64,000 nt of DNA from Patescibacteria group bacterium (GTDB lineage: Bacteria > Patescibacteriota > UBA1384 > CAJBMM01), in NCBI GenBank assembly GCA_041660565.1, contig JBAZWC010000001.1, positions 366,481-430,480 of the forward strand. The letters run 5' to 3'. Made by a program: the position numbers and the translations under genes. Under the pieces are notes generated by a model. The model was not told the origin of the DNA, searched no databases, and worked only from the letters and a program-made list of their open reading frames with translations. Positions 18,993 to 28,123 of the stretch are shown one piece after another (positions within the stretch are counted from its first letter, which is position 1; each line of letters opens with the position of its first letter).

Positions 18993-20174
18993 CTACTCAT
19001 TACTCACCACTTTGCTCTCCACCCTTCCATCCACAAACACCGATGTTATTTGATCTCCGGTTTTGACACTTTTGGCGGATGTTAGCACCTTGTCCCCAAT
19101 TTTGGTGATTGAATATCCTCGCTTCAAAACCTGCAGCGGATCCAAGCCTGACAATCGCACCGACATCAACCCAATTTTTTGATTCGCAGTCTGAATTTGC
19201 TGTTTGACTGCGTTCGACAATCGATGTTCTAAATCGTCCACCCGTCTTAACGGCATCACCAAACTACGATGCAAGCGATGTAATTGTTGGTCTAGCAGGC
19301 GTCCCCAATTTACTAAATTACGCTTGACTGCCGATTGCAAGTTGTTTTCAATCGAGTTAAGTTTTAGACCAAATTCATCGTAATCAATTACCGCAATCTC
19401 GGCTGCATTGGTAGGAGTAGCGGCTCGACGGTCTGCGACCATGTCGATTAAGGTAACATCTGGCTCGTGACCAACTCCGGTAATAATGGGAATTTTGCTG
19501 GCAAAAACCGCGCGCGCCACCGGCTCCGAGTTAAACGCCTGCAGATCTTCAAGCGACCCGCCTCCACGCGCCACAATAATTACGTCTACCGGATAGTTGG
19601 CGTTAAAATATTGCACCGCGTTTACAATGTCGGTAACCGCATTTTGACCTTGTACCGCCACCGGTAATAAGTTAATTTTTAGCCCACCTGCCCGATTGCT
19701 TAAAATTCGCATAATGTCTTGTAGAGCATCGCCATCTTTAGAGGTAATTAGTCCTAATTTGATCGGGAATAACGGTAGTGGTTGTTTCCATTTATCTAAA
19801 AACAGACCCTCTTTGTCTAACTTTTGTTTTAGCTGTTCAAACGCTTTTAGTAAATCACCTTCTCCCACTAATTCCAAGCTTTTGACGGTAAGTGAAAATC
19901 GGCCGCTTTTGGTCACAATTTTGGGTTGAGCTACTATTTTTACCTTCATCCCGTCTTCCAGAGCAAACGGCAGTGCAAACAACATCATAAAACAGCTGAG
20001 CATAGACTGATCATCTTTTATGTTAAAATACACGAATTTACTTTGGCTGATATTGAATCCGGACACCTCCCCTACCACAGTCAAAGTAAGCGGGTTTAAG
20101 ATATCGTTAAGCAGATCCGCGGCTTCGGTAACCGAGAAAGTTTGTTCTTGAATTATTTCGGGATAATTTGTCAT
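18993..20174 (-). CDS. xseA: Exodeoxyribonuclease VII large subunit
   Basis: GEVSGF OB fold, VARGGGSLEDL, GVGHEPD, AATPTNAAE. Confidence 0.96.
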   Translation of the reverse strand: MTNYPEIIQEQTFSVTEAADLLNDILNPLTLTVVGEVSGFNISQSKFVYFNIKDDQSMLSCFMMLFALPFALEDGMKVKIVAQPKIVTKSGRFSLTVKSLELVGEGDLLKAFEQLKQKLDKEGLFLDKWKQPLPLFPIKLGLITSKDGDALQDIMRILSNRAGGLKINLLPVAVQGQNAVTDIVNAVQYFNANYPVDVIIVARGGGSLEDLQAFNSEPVARAVFASKIPIITGVGHEPDVTLIDMVADRRAATPTNAAEIAVIDYDEFGLKLNSIENNLQSAVKRNLVNWGRLLDQQLHRLHRSLVMPLRRVDDLEHRLSNAVKQQIQTANQKIGLMSVRLSGLDPLQVLKRGYSITKIGDKVLTSAKSVKTGDQITSVFVDGRVESKVVSNE

Positions 20175-20216
20175 CGCAAAGGTTAGTTTAACAGCTTTGA
20201 TTAATACTACGCAAGG

Positions 20217-20308
20217 ATTGGATCAGTTGGGGAAATTAGGGAAGTTCGGGTTGTTGGGAGAGCCAATGGCCTACCAACCGCCCTAATACCCCCTAATCCC
20301 CCTAACCG
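20217..20308. repeat. Gene-less family C 9-mer hairpin
   Basis: attggatca gttggggaa attagggaa gttcgggtt gttgggaga / ctaccaacc gccctaata ccccctaat ccccctaac. Confidence 0.85.
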
Positions 20309-20399
20309 ACTCTTCAGCATTTTCTAAGGCTTTCCCCATACTGTTAACTTGTAACCAAAACCGTCGGTAATAGTGTAGAATAGAAATGAGGGGAAAATA

Positions 20400-20969
20400 A
20401 TGGAATTAGATAAACTGGATGACAAAGCATTGGTTGCCCTAGCCCAAGAACAACATCAAGGTGCGCAACAGTTGCTTTATCGCCGATACTTTCAGCCGAT
20501 ATACGGCTATCTTGCTTCGCAACTTAGAAACACTCATAACGCAGAAGACTTGGCTCAGGAAACCTTTGTTCGTGCTTTTCAGGGATTGCATAACTATCGC
20601 GGTGAGGCAAGCTTCAAAAACTGGCTTTATAAGATTGCCAAAAATCAGCTTGCCGATTATTATCGTGATCAGCATTCCGGCGTAGTCGAGCTAGATGACG
20701 CCGCACCGCCAAGACAATTACAAAAGAATATGCTCGACGAAACCGACACCGAAGCAGCTGACAAACAAACAATGCGCCGCTTAAACAAAATGTTTTTCTA
20801 CCTACCGGCAAAATACAAAAAGGTGCTGGTGTTAAGATTTCTTAAGGGATTCTCTTTAAAAGAAACGGCTTCTGAAATGAATCTAAGCTTAGCCAATACT
20901 AAAGTAATTCAACATCGCGCCATGAAACTAGCCCGAACTAAGACGGAATTTGTCTATGAAGAAAATTAA
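20400..20969 (+). CDS. ECF RNA polymerase sigma factor
   Basis: AEDLAQETFVRAF, FKNWLYKIAKN (region 2); GFSLKETA..M.LS..NTKVIQHRA (region 4). Confidence 0.92.
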   Translation: MELDKLDDKALVALAQEQHQGAQQLLYRRYFQPIYGYLASQLRNTHNAEDLAQETFVRAFQGLHNYRGEASFKNWLYKIAKNQLADYYRDQHSGVVELDDAAPPRQLQKNMLDETDTEAADKQTMRRLNKMFFYLPAKYKKVLVLRFLKGFSLKETASEMNLSLANTKVIQHRAMKLARTKTEFVYEEN

Positions 20970-21207
20970 GTCCAAATTTACTTGCAATTCAAAATCCGTG
21001 CGCAAGATAGAGCGGTCTGTCTTAAAATTGGCCGGACACCCATCGGTTCGAAACGCCGGATTAGATTTTTATATCACCGAGCGTCAAATATTACTTCTAA
21101 TTATCTTATCCACGCTGATAATTCTATCGGTTAGCTTTGGTATTCTAACGCCATCCAGAGCGGCTGCCCCAGAATTTAGCGGAACCAATGATATCGTAAC
21201 ACGATAA
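20950..21207 (+). CDS. Small membrane protein, possible anti-sigma factor
   Basis: Overlaps the ECF sigma 3' end; single TM helix. Confidence 0.55.
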   Translation: MSMKKIKSKFTCNSKSVRKIERSVLKLAGHPSVRNAGLDFYITERQILLLIILSTLIILSVSFGILTPSRAAAPEFSGTNDIVTR

Positions 21208-21228
21208 ATATTCTCAATTTATCGTATT

Positions 21229-22119
21229 TTACCTGCCATTTAAAATGGGGGTTGCGGTTGGAGTATGCGTGACTGTAGGAGTTGGAGTGGATGTATGAGT
21301 AACCGTCGGAGTTGGGGTTTTTGTTGGGGAAGTAGCTGCCACCGGGTTAATAACTGCTTTGAAGGCCTTGATATCACCTAACGCCGCCACAGCATCGGCT
21401 CTAAACGCTTTTAAATCTGCAGTAACTGCGGCAATAGCGGTGGCAGAGGTACTAGTAGATTTAATATCAATTTTAGCCAAGTCGGTTTTTGCCAGATTTA
21501 AATTCGTATTTGCGTCAGCTACCTGTTTCTGATAATCAACTAACGTGGCGGATAAAGCGGTGGTATCAGTACCCGCAGCTTTCTGTGTAGCTATGGTGTT
21601 TTGCAGCCGAACGGTCATGGCATTGAGTAAGGCGTAAGTATTTTGTGCTCGATCAACCGCCGCCGATAAATGTAACTGAGGCATTCGCACCAAATATATA
21701 TGATAATTATCGTAAATGCTTAGTACGTTTGTTTTGGTGGTGGCCAAATCGGTCCCAGCATCAATTTGGCTTTTAAGAGTTGTTAAAGTATTAATATCAG
21801 TCTGCGCAATTTGTCTAAGCTCTGTTGATTGAGCTGCGCTTAATCCGGTTAAGTCTTTGTTTATATATCCGTTTAAAGTTGCAATGCGTTGATCAATCAG
21901 TTTATCGCCCAGAGTCTGTAATTTAGCTAATTTGTTAGCTGTATTTGCAGATTTGTACGCAGCCAGTGCCTGATCGGCCGTTGCGGACGAGGTAGCAGCC
22001 GGGGATGAAGAAGCAGTAGAGGTTGATGGTGAAAAAGTTGACGTTGTTCGCGCCGCTGTAGCGGAGGCGGTACCGATAGTCAAAATGTTTAGTAATAACA
22101 GTAAAAATATTTTTTTCAT
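21229..22119 (-). CDS. Secreted alpha-helical/coiled-coil protein with P/T-rich tail
   Basis: Signal peptide, Ala/Thr-rich helices, TPTPTVTH repeats. Confidence 0.75.
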   Translation of the reverse strand: MKKIFLLLLLNILTIGTASATAARTTSTFSPSTSTASSSPAATSSATADQALAAYKSANTANKLAKLQTLGDKLIDQRIATLNGYINKDLTGLSAAQSTELRQIAQTDINTLTTLKSQIDAGTDLATTKTNVLSIYDNYHIYLVRMPQLHLSAAVDRAQNTYALLNAMTVRLQNTIATQKAAGTDTTALSATLVDYQKQVADANTNLNLAKTDLAKIDIKSTSTSATAIAAVTADLKAFRADAVAALGDIKAFKAVINPVAATSPTKTPTPTVTHTSTPTPTVTHTPTATPILNGR

Positions 22120-22128
22120 TCTTGCCTC

Positions 22129-22482
22129 TTATAAACTTGGCTGATTTTCGGATGGCTGCGTTCCGGCAGCTGAAATCGAGCTATCCATTGTAGTAATGCT
22201 ATTTGTTACAGATGTTGAGGCACTATCCAAATCTGTAGCAGTTACGGGTGCAGTGGAAACTGGCGTAGCGACAGCCGGAGATGCAGTTGAAGAAGCTGAA
22301 GAAGTTGAAGAAGTTGTGCTCGCAGATACGCTCGGCGCTGCAACAGGTGAATTAACTGAAATATTCGCAGATTCGCTGTTATTTTGATTGGTTAAATAAT
22401 ACGCGATAAAACCCGACCCCGCTACAATAATTAACCCCAGTACCCACCACAAAATGGCATGGCTTTTATGTTGTTCAGGCAT
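22129..22482 (-). CDS. Membrane-anchored S/T-rich protein
   Basis: N-terminal TM; SD AAGGAG. Confidence 0.7.
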   Translation of the reverse strand: MPEQHKSHAILWWVLGLIIVAGSGFIAYYLTNQNNSESANISVNSPVAAPSVSASTTSSTSSASSTASPAVATPVSTAPVTATDLDSASTSVTNSITTMDSSISAAGTQPSENQPSL

Positions 22483-22530
22483 TTTTCTCCTTTGGCTTGT
22501 AACTTAATTCTATTTAAAAACACCCCTCTT

Positions 22531-22597
22531 GTCCATCCTCTCTCCGAGTCTATCGGCTCGTAGAGTCGGAGACCATCCCCTATCATCTATCATCTGA
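22531..22597. repeat. Orphan heptamer arm interrupted by a hairpin insert
   Basis: ccatcct [tctccga-gtctatcggctcgtagag-tcggaga hairpin] ccatccc ctatcat ctatcat ctg. Confidence 0.55.
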
Positions 22598-22647
22598 AAT
22601 GTTGACAACCGCCGAAACAAGTATAAATTAGAACCAAAGGTACTAAT

Positions 22648-23211
22648 TTGAATAATAAAGAAAAAATCCTACAATTTGCGGCTAGCGAGATGTCCAGATT
22701 GGGCTTTAATGCAGTATCAATGGATATGATTGTTGAAAAAACCGGCATTGCCAAAAGCAATGCTTATTATCACTATCAAAATAAAGAGGATTTAGGGATA
22801 GACGTCCTAAATTTTTGGGCAGGAATTTGGCGCGAATTTTGTGAAGTTACCATCAGCAACAAATCGCTTGAATTCGATATGAAATTTGAGCAGTTTTTTG
22901 ACCGGATAATTTTATACCAAACCAAAGCCCACTTTCCCGGCCCCCCGTTACTACAAATTGCCGGAGAAATGCAAAATGCACGCGCCAAAGAGATTTATCA
23001 AGAAACGTACCGATTTTACTATACGTCTTGTGCGAATTTTATCCTATTAGGGCAGCAAAAAGGTGTGATTAAACGTAATCTGAATGCTGAATTAGCCTCT
23101 AGTTTACTATTAAACGAGATTGGTGGGGCATTAATGGAATCGCGAATTTCGCAAAATGCCGCTCCAATTATTAAAGCTAAGCATATTATTAAGTCACTCA
23201 TTTACGCATAA
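22648..23211 (+). CDS. TetR/AcrR family regulator
   Basis: GFNAVSMDMIVEKTGIAKSNAYYHYQNKEDL HTH; imperfect palindrome ttagaacc-aaa-ggtactaa just upstream. Confidence 0.9.
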   Translation: MNNKEKILQFAASEMSRLGFNAVSMDMIVEKTGIAKSNAYYHYQNKEDLGIDVLNFWAGIWREFCEVTISNKSLEFDMKFEQFFDRIILYQTKAHFPGPPLLQIAGEMQNARAKEIYQETYRFYYTSCANFILLGQQKGVIKRNLNAELASSLLLNEIGGALMESRISQNAAPIIKAKHIIKSLIYA

Positions 23212-23248
23212 ATATAGCCCGCCACCCTTTCGGGGCAGCGGGCCGTGT

Positions 23249-24103
23249 TCAGGTCTTGTGGTGATCCAGCCATCCGGCAACCTTGGCGAACATCTGGTAA
23301 ACCGGCAGCGCCAGATCTTCAATACGGTTGAGCATAGCGGCGTACTCGTCTTCGGTTGGAGCACGCGATCTGGCGGGATCATCGTCACTCAGTGGCATAG
23401 TTGAGGCGGCATACCATGCTTCCAGCAATGCGTTGTACCGACGGTCAACAGCCACCGCTTGCGACAGTTCCTGAGCAATATCGCAACCGCGATGCTGTTT
23501 TGCCAACTCGATCACGAATTGCCGAGAGTCATCAGGCATCTCCACGCCCTGATACTCCAATACCTTGCGCGTGAGATGCACCGGCCCCTCGACAATCTTC
23601 TGTAGCCATTCCAACCGGTCAGCACCAACGCGTGGCTTAAGCAGTCGTGAGCCGAAGATGTGCAATTTGTGCACGAGGTAGTTCCCCAAATCAGCCCTTG
23701 CCGTCGTCCCTGTCAGATTTAGGTACCGAAGGGGCGACTGGATGTGTTTGAGCAGACCGTCCGCTTGCTCTGCTCGGCGTAGGTGTTGGCAGAGTCCGTA
23801 TCCGATGGTGTGATAATGTCCACGAGCCAAGCTGAACGGGACTATGTAGATATTCAGCGGGACGTGATTCCCAGCTGCTTGGGCGATCATTCTTTTGCTC
23901 GTCTCGACCATCTCCGCGTAACAATCGTCCCGGCAGATGACCACAAACTCCACATCGCTTCGTCTGTTGATGCCGGCGGCGCGTTTTGGAAGCGTTGACC
24001 CAAACTGAATTGCCGCCACCGGCCGCATCTTGGTAATGGCGATTTTTGCGGTTCGAGCCACTGCCCGAATCTCTTCGGTAGTTGGTACCCGATGATGAAT
24101 CAA
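23249..24103 (-). CDS. Pol-beta-fold nucleotidyltransferase-like protein (GC-rich orphan)
   Basis: FGST...RRSDVE motif followed by a helical domain; own TTGACA-17-TACGCT promoter and terminator. Confidence 0.6.
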   Translation of the reverse strand: MIHHRVPTTEEIRAVARTAKIAITKMRPVAAIQFGSTLPKRAAGINRRSDVEFVVICRDDCYAEMVETSKRMIAQAAGNHVPLNIYIVPFSLARGHYHTIGYGLCQHLRRAEQADGLLKHIQSPLRYLNLTGTTARADLGNYLVHKLHIFGSRLLKPRVGADRLEWLQKIVEGPVHLTRKVLEYQGVEMPDDSRQFVIELAKQHRGCDIAQELSQAVAVDRRYNALLEAWYAASTMPLSDDDPARSRAPTEDEYAAMLNRIEDLALPVYQMFAKVAGWLDHHKT

Positions 24104-24209
24104 GTCGTTCCACGAAAATATCTGTCCCTTTAGGGCACCTCCCCCGAGAAGTTTTGGTAAGGTTCTACCTGTTGACGCCTAAGCGTAGGACTTTTTAGCA
24201 CAAATGTCA

Positions 24210-24249
24210 ACCCCGTTAGAAGCGAATCCACCCTTGCCTCTAACGGGGT
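24210..24249. repeat. Palindromic ACCCCGTTAGA...TCTAACGGGGT element
   Basis: Perfect 11-bp inverted repeat. Confidence 0.7.
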
Positions 24250-24258
24250 CAATCACCT

Positions 24259-24333
24259 TGTCATTCCGGGCTCGATTGTTCCGCTAGGGACTAACGATTC
24301 CGACCGCAAGGTAGCGAGGAGTATCCGGAATCT
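24259..24333. repeat. dRS3-like GTCATTCC...GGAATC arm containing a 48-nt structured insert
   Basis: Near-identical to 48656-48730. Confidence 0.8.
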
Positions 24334-24437
24334 ATGTAAAAGAATAGTCAAAACCGTGCTTATTTGGGACCTGTCCCCTATTAAATATAAAAGACGCTCC
24401 GAGGTTGCCCTCGGAGCGGTGTATTCCAGATAAGTCG

Positions 24438-25493
24438 CTATGCCACAGCAACCGGTGGAATGTTGAAGTTGAGCTCGGCAACCCTAAGGTCGCTGGCTGC
24501 ATCCTCGGGAGCGGTCACGTTGATGTAGATTCCGGTGCCCAATTCGAACCCGGCGGCGATTGTCAGGCGGGGCATGATCGTCAGATGCCAATGGAAGTCG
24601 CACTCACGATCCTGGTTCACCGGAGCCGTGTGCAGCATGAAGTTGTACGGTGGATCGTTGAGGCTGGCGCCGATGCACCGCAGTATGTATTGGCAGATGC
24701 TCGCAAACGCGTTGATGGTGCCACGTTCCATCGCTGCGAACGAAGGCATATGCCTCCGCGGCATAATCCATGTCTCGTACGGGTACTTGGCCGCAAACGG
24801 GCAGAAGGCGACAAACTCTGGGTTCTGCGCCACGATGCGCTCGCCTAATTGCTCTTCCTGCTTCAGCATGTCGCAGTAGATGCAGCGATCATGGAAATCG
24901 TAGTACCGCGCAGCACCCGCAATCTTCAACATCACATTCGCCGGCACAATCGGCGTAGCGACCAATTGACAGTGCGAATGGGGTTGCGACGCTCCTCCGA
25001 TTCTCCCCTTGTTCTTGAACAATAGGATGTACTGGAAACGCTTGTCCTGTGTCAGATCAAGAACGCGATCGCGATAGGCCCAGAACACCTCCTGAGCTTG
25101 AAGGCCGGTGACGGTCGCAATAGACCGATTGTGATCGACGCTCTCGATGATGACCTCGTGTGCTCCAATGCCATTCATCTGGTCATACATCCCATAACCC
25201 GTTCTGTCCAACTCGCCCTCGATGGCCAGCGCAGGGAACTTGTTAGGCACCACGCGCGCCCACCAGCCAGGCTTGTTTGGGGCCGAGTCGGCGGAACGGT
25301 AGGCCAACACTTCCGGCGGCGTCATGTACTCATTGCCGGGGCAAAACGGGCATGCATCTTCGTGCTCCCGAAGCGGCGGTTCCGCCACGATCTTGAATTC
25401 GTCCGTCCGCTTACTGCGGCCGGTAGCTACAATGACCCACTCACGGGTCACCGGGTCTTTCCGCAATTGCGGATGCGCCGTGACTTTTGGCAT
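24438..25493 (-). CDS. galT: Galactose-1-phosphate uridylyltransferase
   Basis: CPFCPGNE, RVVPNKFPAL, GASQPHSHCQ active-site HxHxQ, AGFELGTG; SD GGGAGG before ATG at 25493. Confidence 0.93.
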   Translation of the reverse strand: MPKVTAHPQLRKDPVTREWVIVATGRSKRTDEFKIVAEPPLREHEDACPFCPGNEYMTPPEVLAYRSADSAPNKPGWWARVVPNKFPALAIEGELDRTGYGMYDQMNGIGAHEVIIESVDHNRSIATVTGLQAQEVFWAYRDRVLDLTQDKRFQYILLFKNKGRIGGASQPHSHCQLVATPIVPANVMLKIAGAARYYDFHDRCIYCDMLKQEEQLGERIVAQNPEFVAFCPFAAKYPYETWIMPRRHMPSFAAMERGTINAFASICQYILRCIGASLNDPPYNFMLHTAPVNQDRECDFHWHLTIMPRLTIAAGFELGTGIYINVTAPEDAASDLRVAELNFNIPPVAVA

Positions 25494-25587
25494 TGTAACA
25501 TCCTCCCCCATGAGTTGTGTGGTACTCGGATGCCCCTACTGTATCTGTAAACAGCAAAATAAGCAATAAGAAAAACGGCCGGCCCCG

Positions 25588-25854
25588 CTAGGGAGCCGAC
25601 CGTGGTCGAGTCTCGAAGATCGCATGGCATAACACGACTAAGCCCATTACAACCTTCAACGCCAGGATCAACACTACGATCGTGATCAGGTCACAGTACG
25701 GGCTGGCCTTTCTGGCGATGTCCACGGCGCTCGTGATACCACATGTGACCACGAAGACCGTGTAGAACACCCATAGACTCGAATTCCTAGTCTTGGGGTG
25801 TATCAACGAGAAGGCAAGGAACGCAAGCGCCATCCACGTAAGCCAGAGCATCAT
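25588..25854 (-). CDS. Small ~3-TM membrane protein (array member 5)
   Basis: Hydrophobic; SD GGAGGGG; terminator hairpin at 25575-25602. Confidence 0.65.
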   Translation of the reverse strand: MMLWLTWMALAFLAFSLIHPKTRNSSLWVFYTVFVVTCGITSAVDIARKASPYCDLITIVVLILALKVVMGLVVLCHAIFETRPRSAP

Positions 25855-25858
25855 CGCT

Positions 25859-26122
25859 TCACCCCTCCGTCTCGTCGCTTCTGACAAACAACGTCAGATG
25901 CACCGCAACAAATGCGGCGATCAGTAGAACGATGTACATCCATACTTCCTCGAACACTGTCTTCGTAACCCACGTCATCACCACCGACCCCGTAACAGCC
26001 AGAGCGATTGTGGCAACGCACAACACTACCCGCACCTTCCGACGAAGACGAACTACGCCTTGAGCAAGCACAAAGACCAAAACGACCATCGCCCCGACGA
26101 TCCACCACCACGCTACCAACAT
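25859..26122 (-). CDS. Small ~3-TM membrane protein (array member 4)
   Basis: Hydrophobic; SD AAGGAGG. Confidence 0.65.
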   Translation of the reverse strand: MLVAWWWIVGAMVVLVFVLAQGVVRLRRKVRVVLCVATIALAVTGSVVMTWVTKTVFEEVWMYIVLLIAAFVAVHLTLFVRSDETEG

Positions 26123-26126
26123 CGCC

Positions 26127-26405
26127 CTAACCCTCCTTGGACGCGAGTTGCCCCCGCCCCCAGCGCGTCGTGAACTCGTACACCTCAACCAGACCGATCG
26201 CGGATACAACCAGCACGACGCACACGCCCGGACTGGTGAACTGGGACGCCACCATTACCACCGTCAGTATAATCCACTTGGTATAGTAGACGTTCATCTC
26301 CGGGGATTGCGGATCAACCTCGATGCTGGACAGATAGCGCTGGTCGTTGGCGATGATTAGCCCCAGCACTGCCAGTGATACTGCCCATATCACCCACGTT
26401 AGCAT
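26127..26405 (-). CDS. Small ~3-TM membrane protein (array member 3)
   Basis: Hydrophobic; SD GGAGGGG; overlaps the upstream stop. Confidence 0.65.
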   Translation of the reverse strand: MLTWVIWAVSLAVLGLIIANDQRYLSSIEVDPQSPEMNVYYTKWIILTVVMVASQFTSPGVCVVLVVSAIGLVEVYEFTTRWGRGQLASKEG

Positions 26406-26749
26406 CTTTTCGCCCCTCCATTGGTCTTGTTCCGCCTGGCGGATTTCAGACCCCAGATCAGAAGCAGCCACGTAGTCGGATTATCGGCAAGGGGTTGCTC
26501 TTGGTTGACTTGGTCAAGCAGGTCATAGATTGCGATGGCTACCAACAGCGCTTCCATCGCGCAGATGGCTGCCAAAGCCACATATCCCCAACCCGCGTAA
26601 GCCCAGCGATGCGTAACCCCTATCATGCATGCCAGCCAACCAACGCCCATAATAATGCGATCGCACACTTTAACACGCTCCGGGTACGCGATCGCGAAGA
26701 TTACCACCGCTACCATAGCCAGCAGTACTACCGCTTGCCACCCGATCAT
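26399..26749 (-). CDS. Small ~3-TM membrane protein (array member 2)
   Basis: ATGA overlap with the upstream gene; SD GAGGGAG. Confidence 0.65.
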   Translation of the reverse strand: MIGWQAVVLLAMVAVVIFAIAYPERVKVCDRIIMGVGWLACMIGVTHRWAYAGWGYVALAAICAMEALLVAIAIYDLLDQVNQEQPLADNPTTWLLLIWGLKSARRNKTNGGAKRC

Positions 26750-27027
26750 GACAATCTCTCCCTCTCTGCTCGAAAGACAACCAGAAAACACCAGATGAGC
26801 AGACCCGACGCCACCGACGCCATCAAGCGGGCACACAACCACCATCTCCCGGCAAACGTCGAGGTTGGAAATGCGACGATCATCGCCAGCATCCAACCCA
26901 CCAAAACCAGCAGACGACCATCCTTGATCGTCCTAAGATCGTGACAAAACGTCAGCGGAAAACCGCTGATCAAACAGACCGCCGAAAGGACCATGGCGGC
27001 CATTACTGCCCAATGTATTATGTCCAT
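26746..27027 (-). CDS. Small ~3-TM membrane protein (array member 1)
   Basis: Hydrophobic; SD GGGGAGG; divergent from ssrA. Confidence 0.65.
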   Translation of the reverse strand: MDIIHWAVMAAMVLSAVCLISGFPLTFCHDLRTIKDGRLLVLVGWMLAMIVAFPTSTFAGRWWLCARLMASVASGLLIWCFLVVFRAERERLS

Positions 27028-27122
27028 TTGTTCAGGTCCTCCCCCGGGTTCGTTATTGACAATGTACACCATATTTGGTACAATGTACATAGCTAGAACA
27101 TTAAAAATTTGCAAAAAATCAT

Positions 27123-27514
27123 GGGGCTGTATTAGATTCGACAGGCCGTCCACATTCACCCTTGCATAACGAGACGCTCACTCACTCGTAAAACGCGAGC
27201 AAAAAACAATAACTGCCAACAGTTTTGTTAGCAAAGTCAAAGGTGCTTTTGCATCTATGTCCTTTGCGCCAGCTTTCGCCTAAAACCGAAAGCCGTTTGC
27301 TTTCTTCTTCGTTGATGAAGAAAGGCCAAGCGTCATATTATCAACGCGCCAAAGTGTAGATTCATTCTGTAAACTTTGAAAGATACTGAATGTGCTGGGA
27401 TAACTAACTTGGAGTGCTCATTATGTTAGACCAAAAGAAATTTGAACACCTAATTATGTAGAAAAGATGAATGTACCGGTTTGGACAGGAGTGCAACTCT
27501 CCTCAGCTCCACCA
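27123..27514 (+). ncRNA. ssrA: tmRNA
   Basis: 5' GGGGCTG pairs with 3' CAGCTCC-A-CCA including G3:U70; GATTCGAC motif; T-arm AGGAG-TGCAACT-CTCCT; ATAACT-GCC resume context; tag ANSFVSKVKGAFASMSFAPAFA* (27215-27283). Confidence 0.95.
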
Positions 27515-27548
27515 CGCTAAGCGTGGTAATCGGGACGCTCAGCGTCCC
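27511..27548 (+). mobile_element. 38-nt twin-hairpin GCTNAGC mini-element at the tmRNA 3' end
   Basis: accacgctaagcgtggt aatc gggacgctcagcgtccc; homologous copies at 55882-55918 and 59006-59042. Confidence 0.75.
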
Positions 27549-27679
27549 ACCAAATGTATGGAATTATTCCATTTTTAATGTTACGACGCTAAGCGTCGCA
27601 AACTTTGAAAAACGTTTGGATTAGTACTCTTAGCAACAAAAATGAACCAGAAATGGTTCTTTTTTGTTATAATAATATT

Positions 27680-27952
27680 ATGTATTATGTTTATATTTTA
27701 TTAAGTGATAAAGATGACATGCTGTATTTTGGTAGTACACCAAATTTACAGGAAAGAATCGCAAAACATGACGCTGGATTTGTTAAAGCAACGCAAAACA
27801 GGCGACCACTTAAATTATTATACTACGAGGCATATTCATCAAAAATTGATGCGCTAAAAAGAGAGAAGTATTTTAAGGGAGGGAAAGGCCATAACGACCT
27901 AAAAGTGCAATTTGAGAATACCTTGCTAAAAAATAATTATATATTTCTCTAA
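27680..27952 (+). CDS. Small GIY-YIG nuclease family protein
   Basis: MYYVYIL...LYFGST.NLQERIAKH...RRPLKLLYYEAY...ALKREKYFK; TGtTATAAT 6 nt before ATG. Confidence 0.92.
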   Translation: MYYVYILLSDKDDMLYFGSTPNLQERIAKHDAGFVKATQNRRPLKLLYYEAYSSKIDALKREKYFKGGKGHNDLKVQFENTLLKNNYIFL

Positions 27953-28123
27953 ACATTTGTAGAATTCCGTCGCAGACATTTTTGATACCAACATGAAAGT
28001 GTTGGTGTTTTTTGTTACAAAAAAACCTACTCATTCAAGTAGGATGTAATCGCCAGAAAATAGAAGCGGGAGGCAGCCAATTGGCTGCCTCCCGTGTGAG
28101 ACAGGTGTTGCCGGCGCCGTGGG

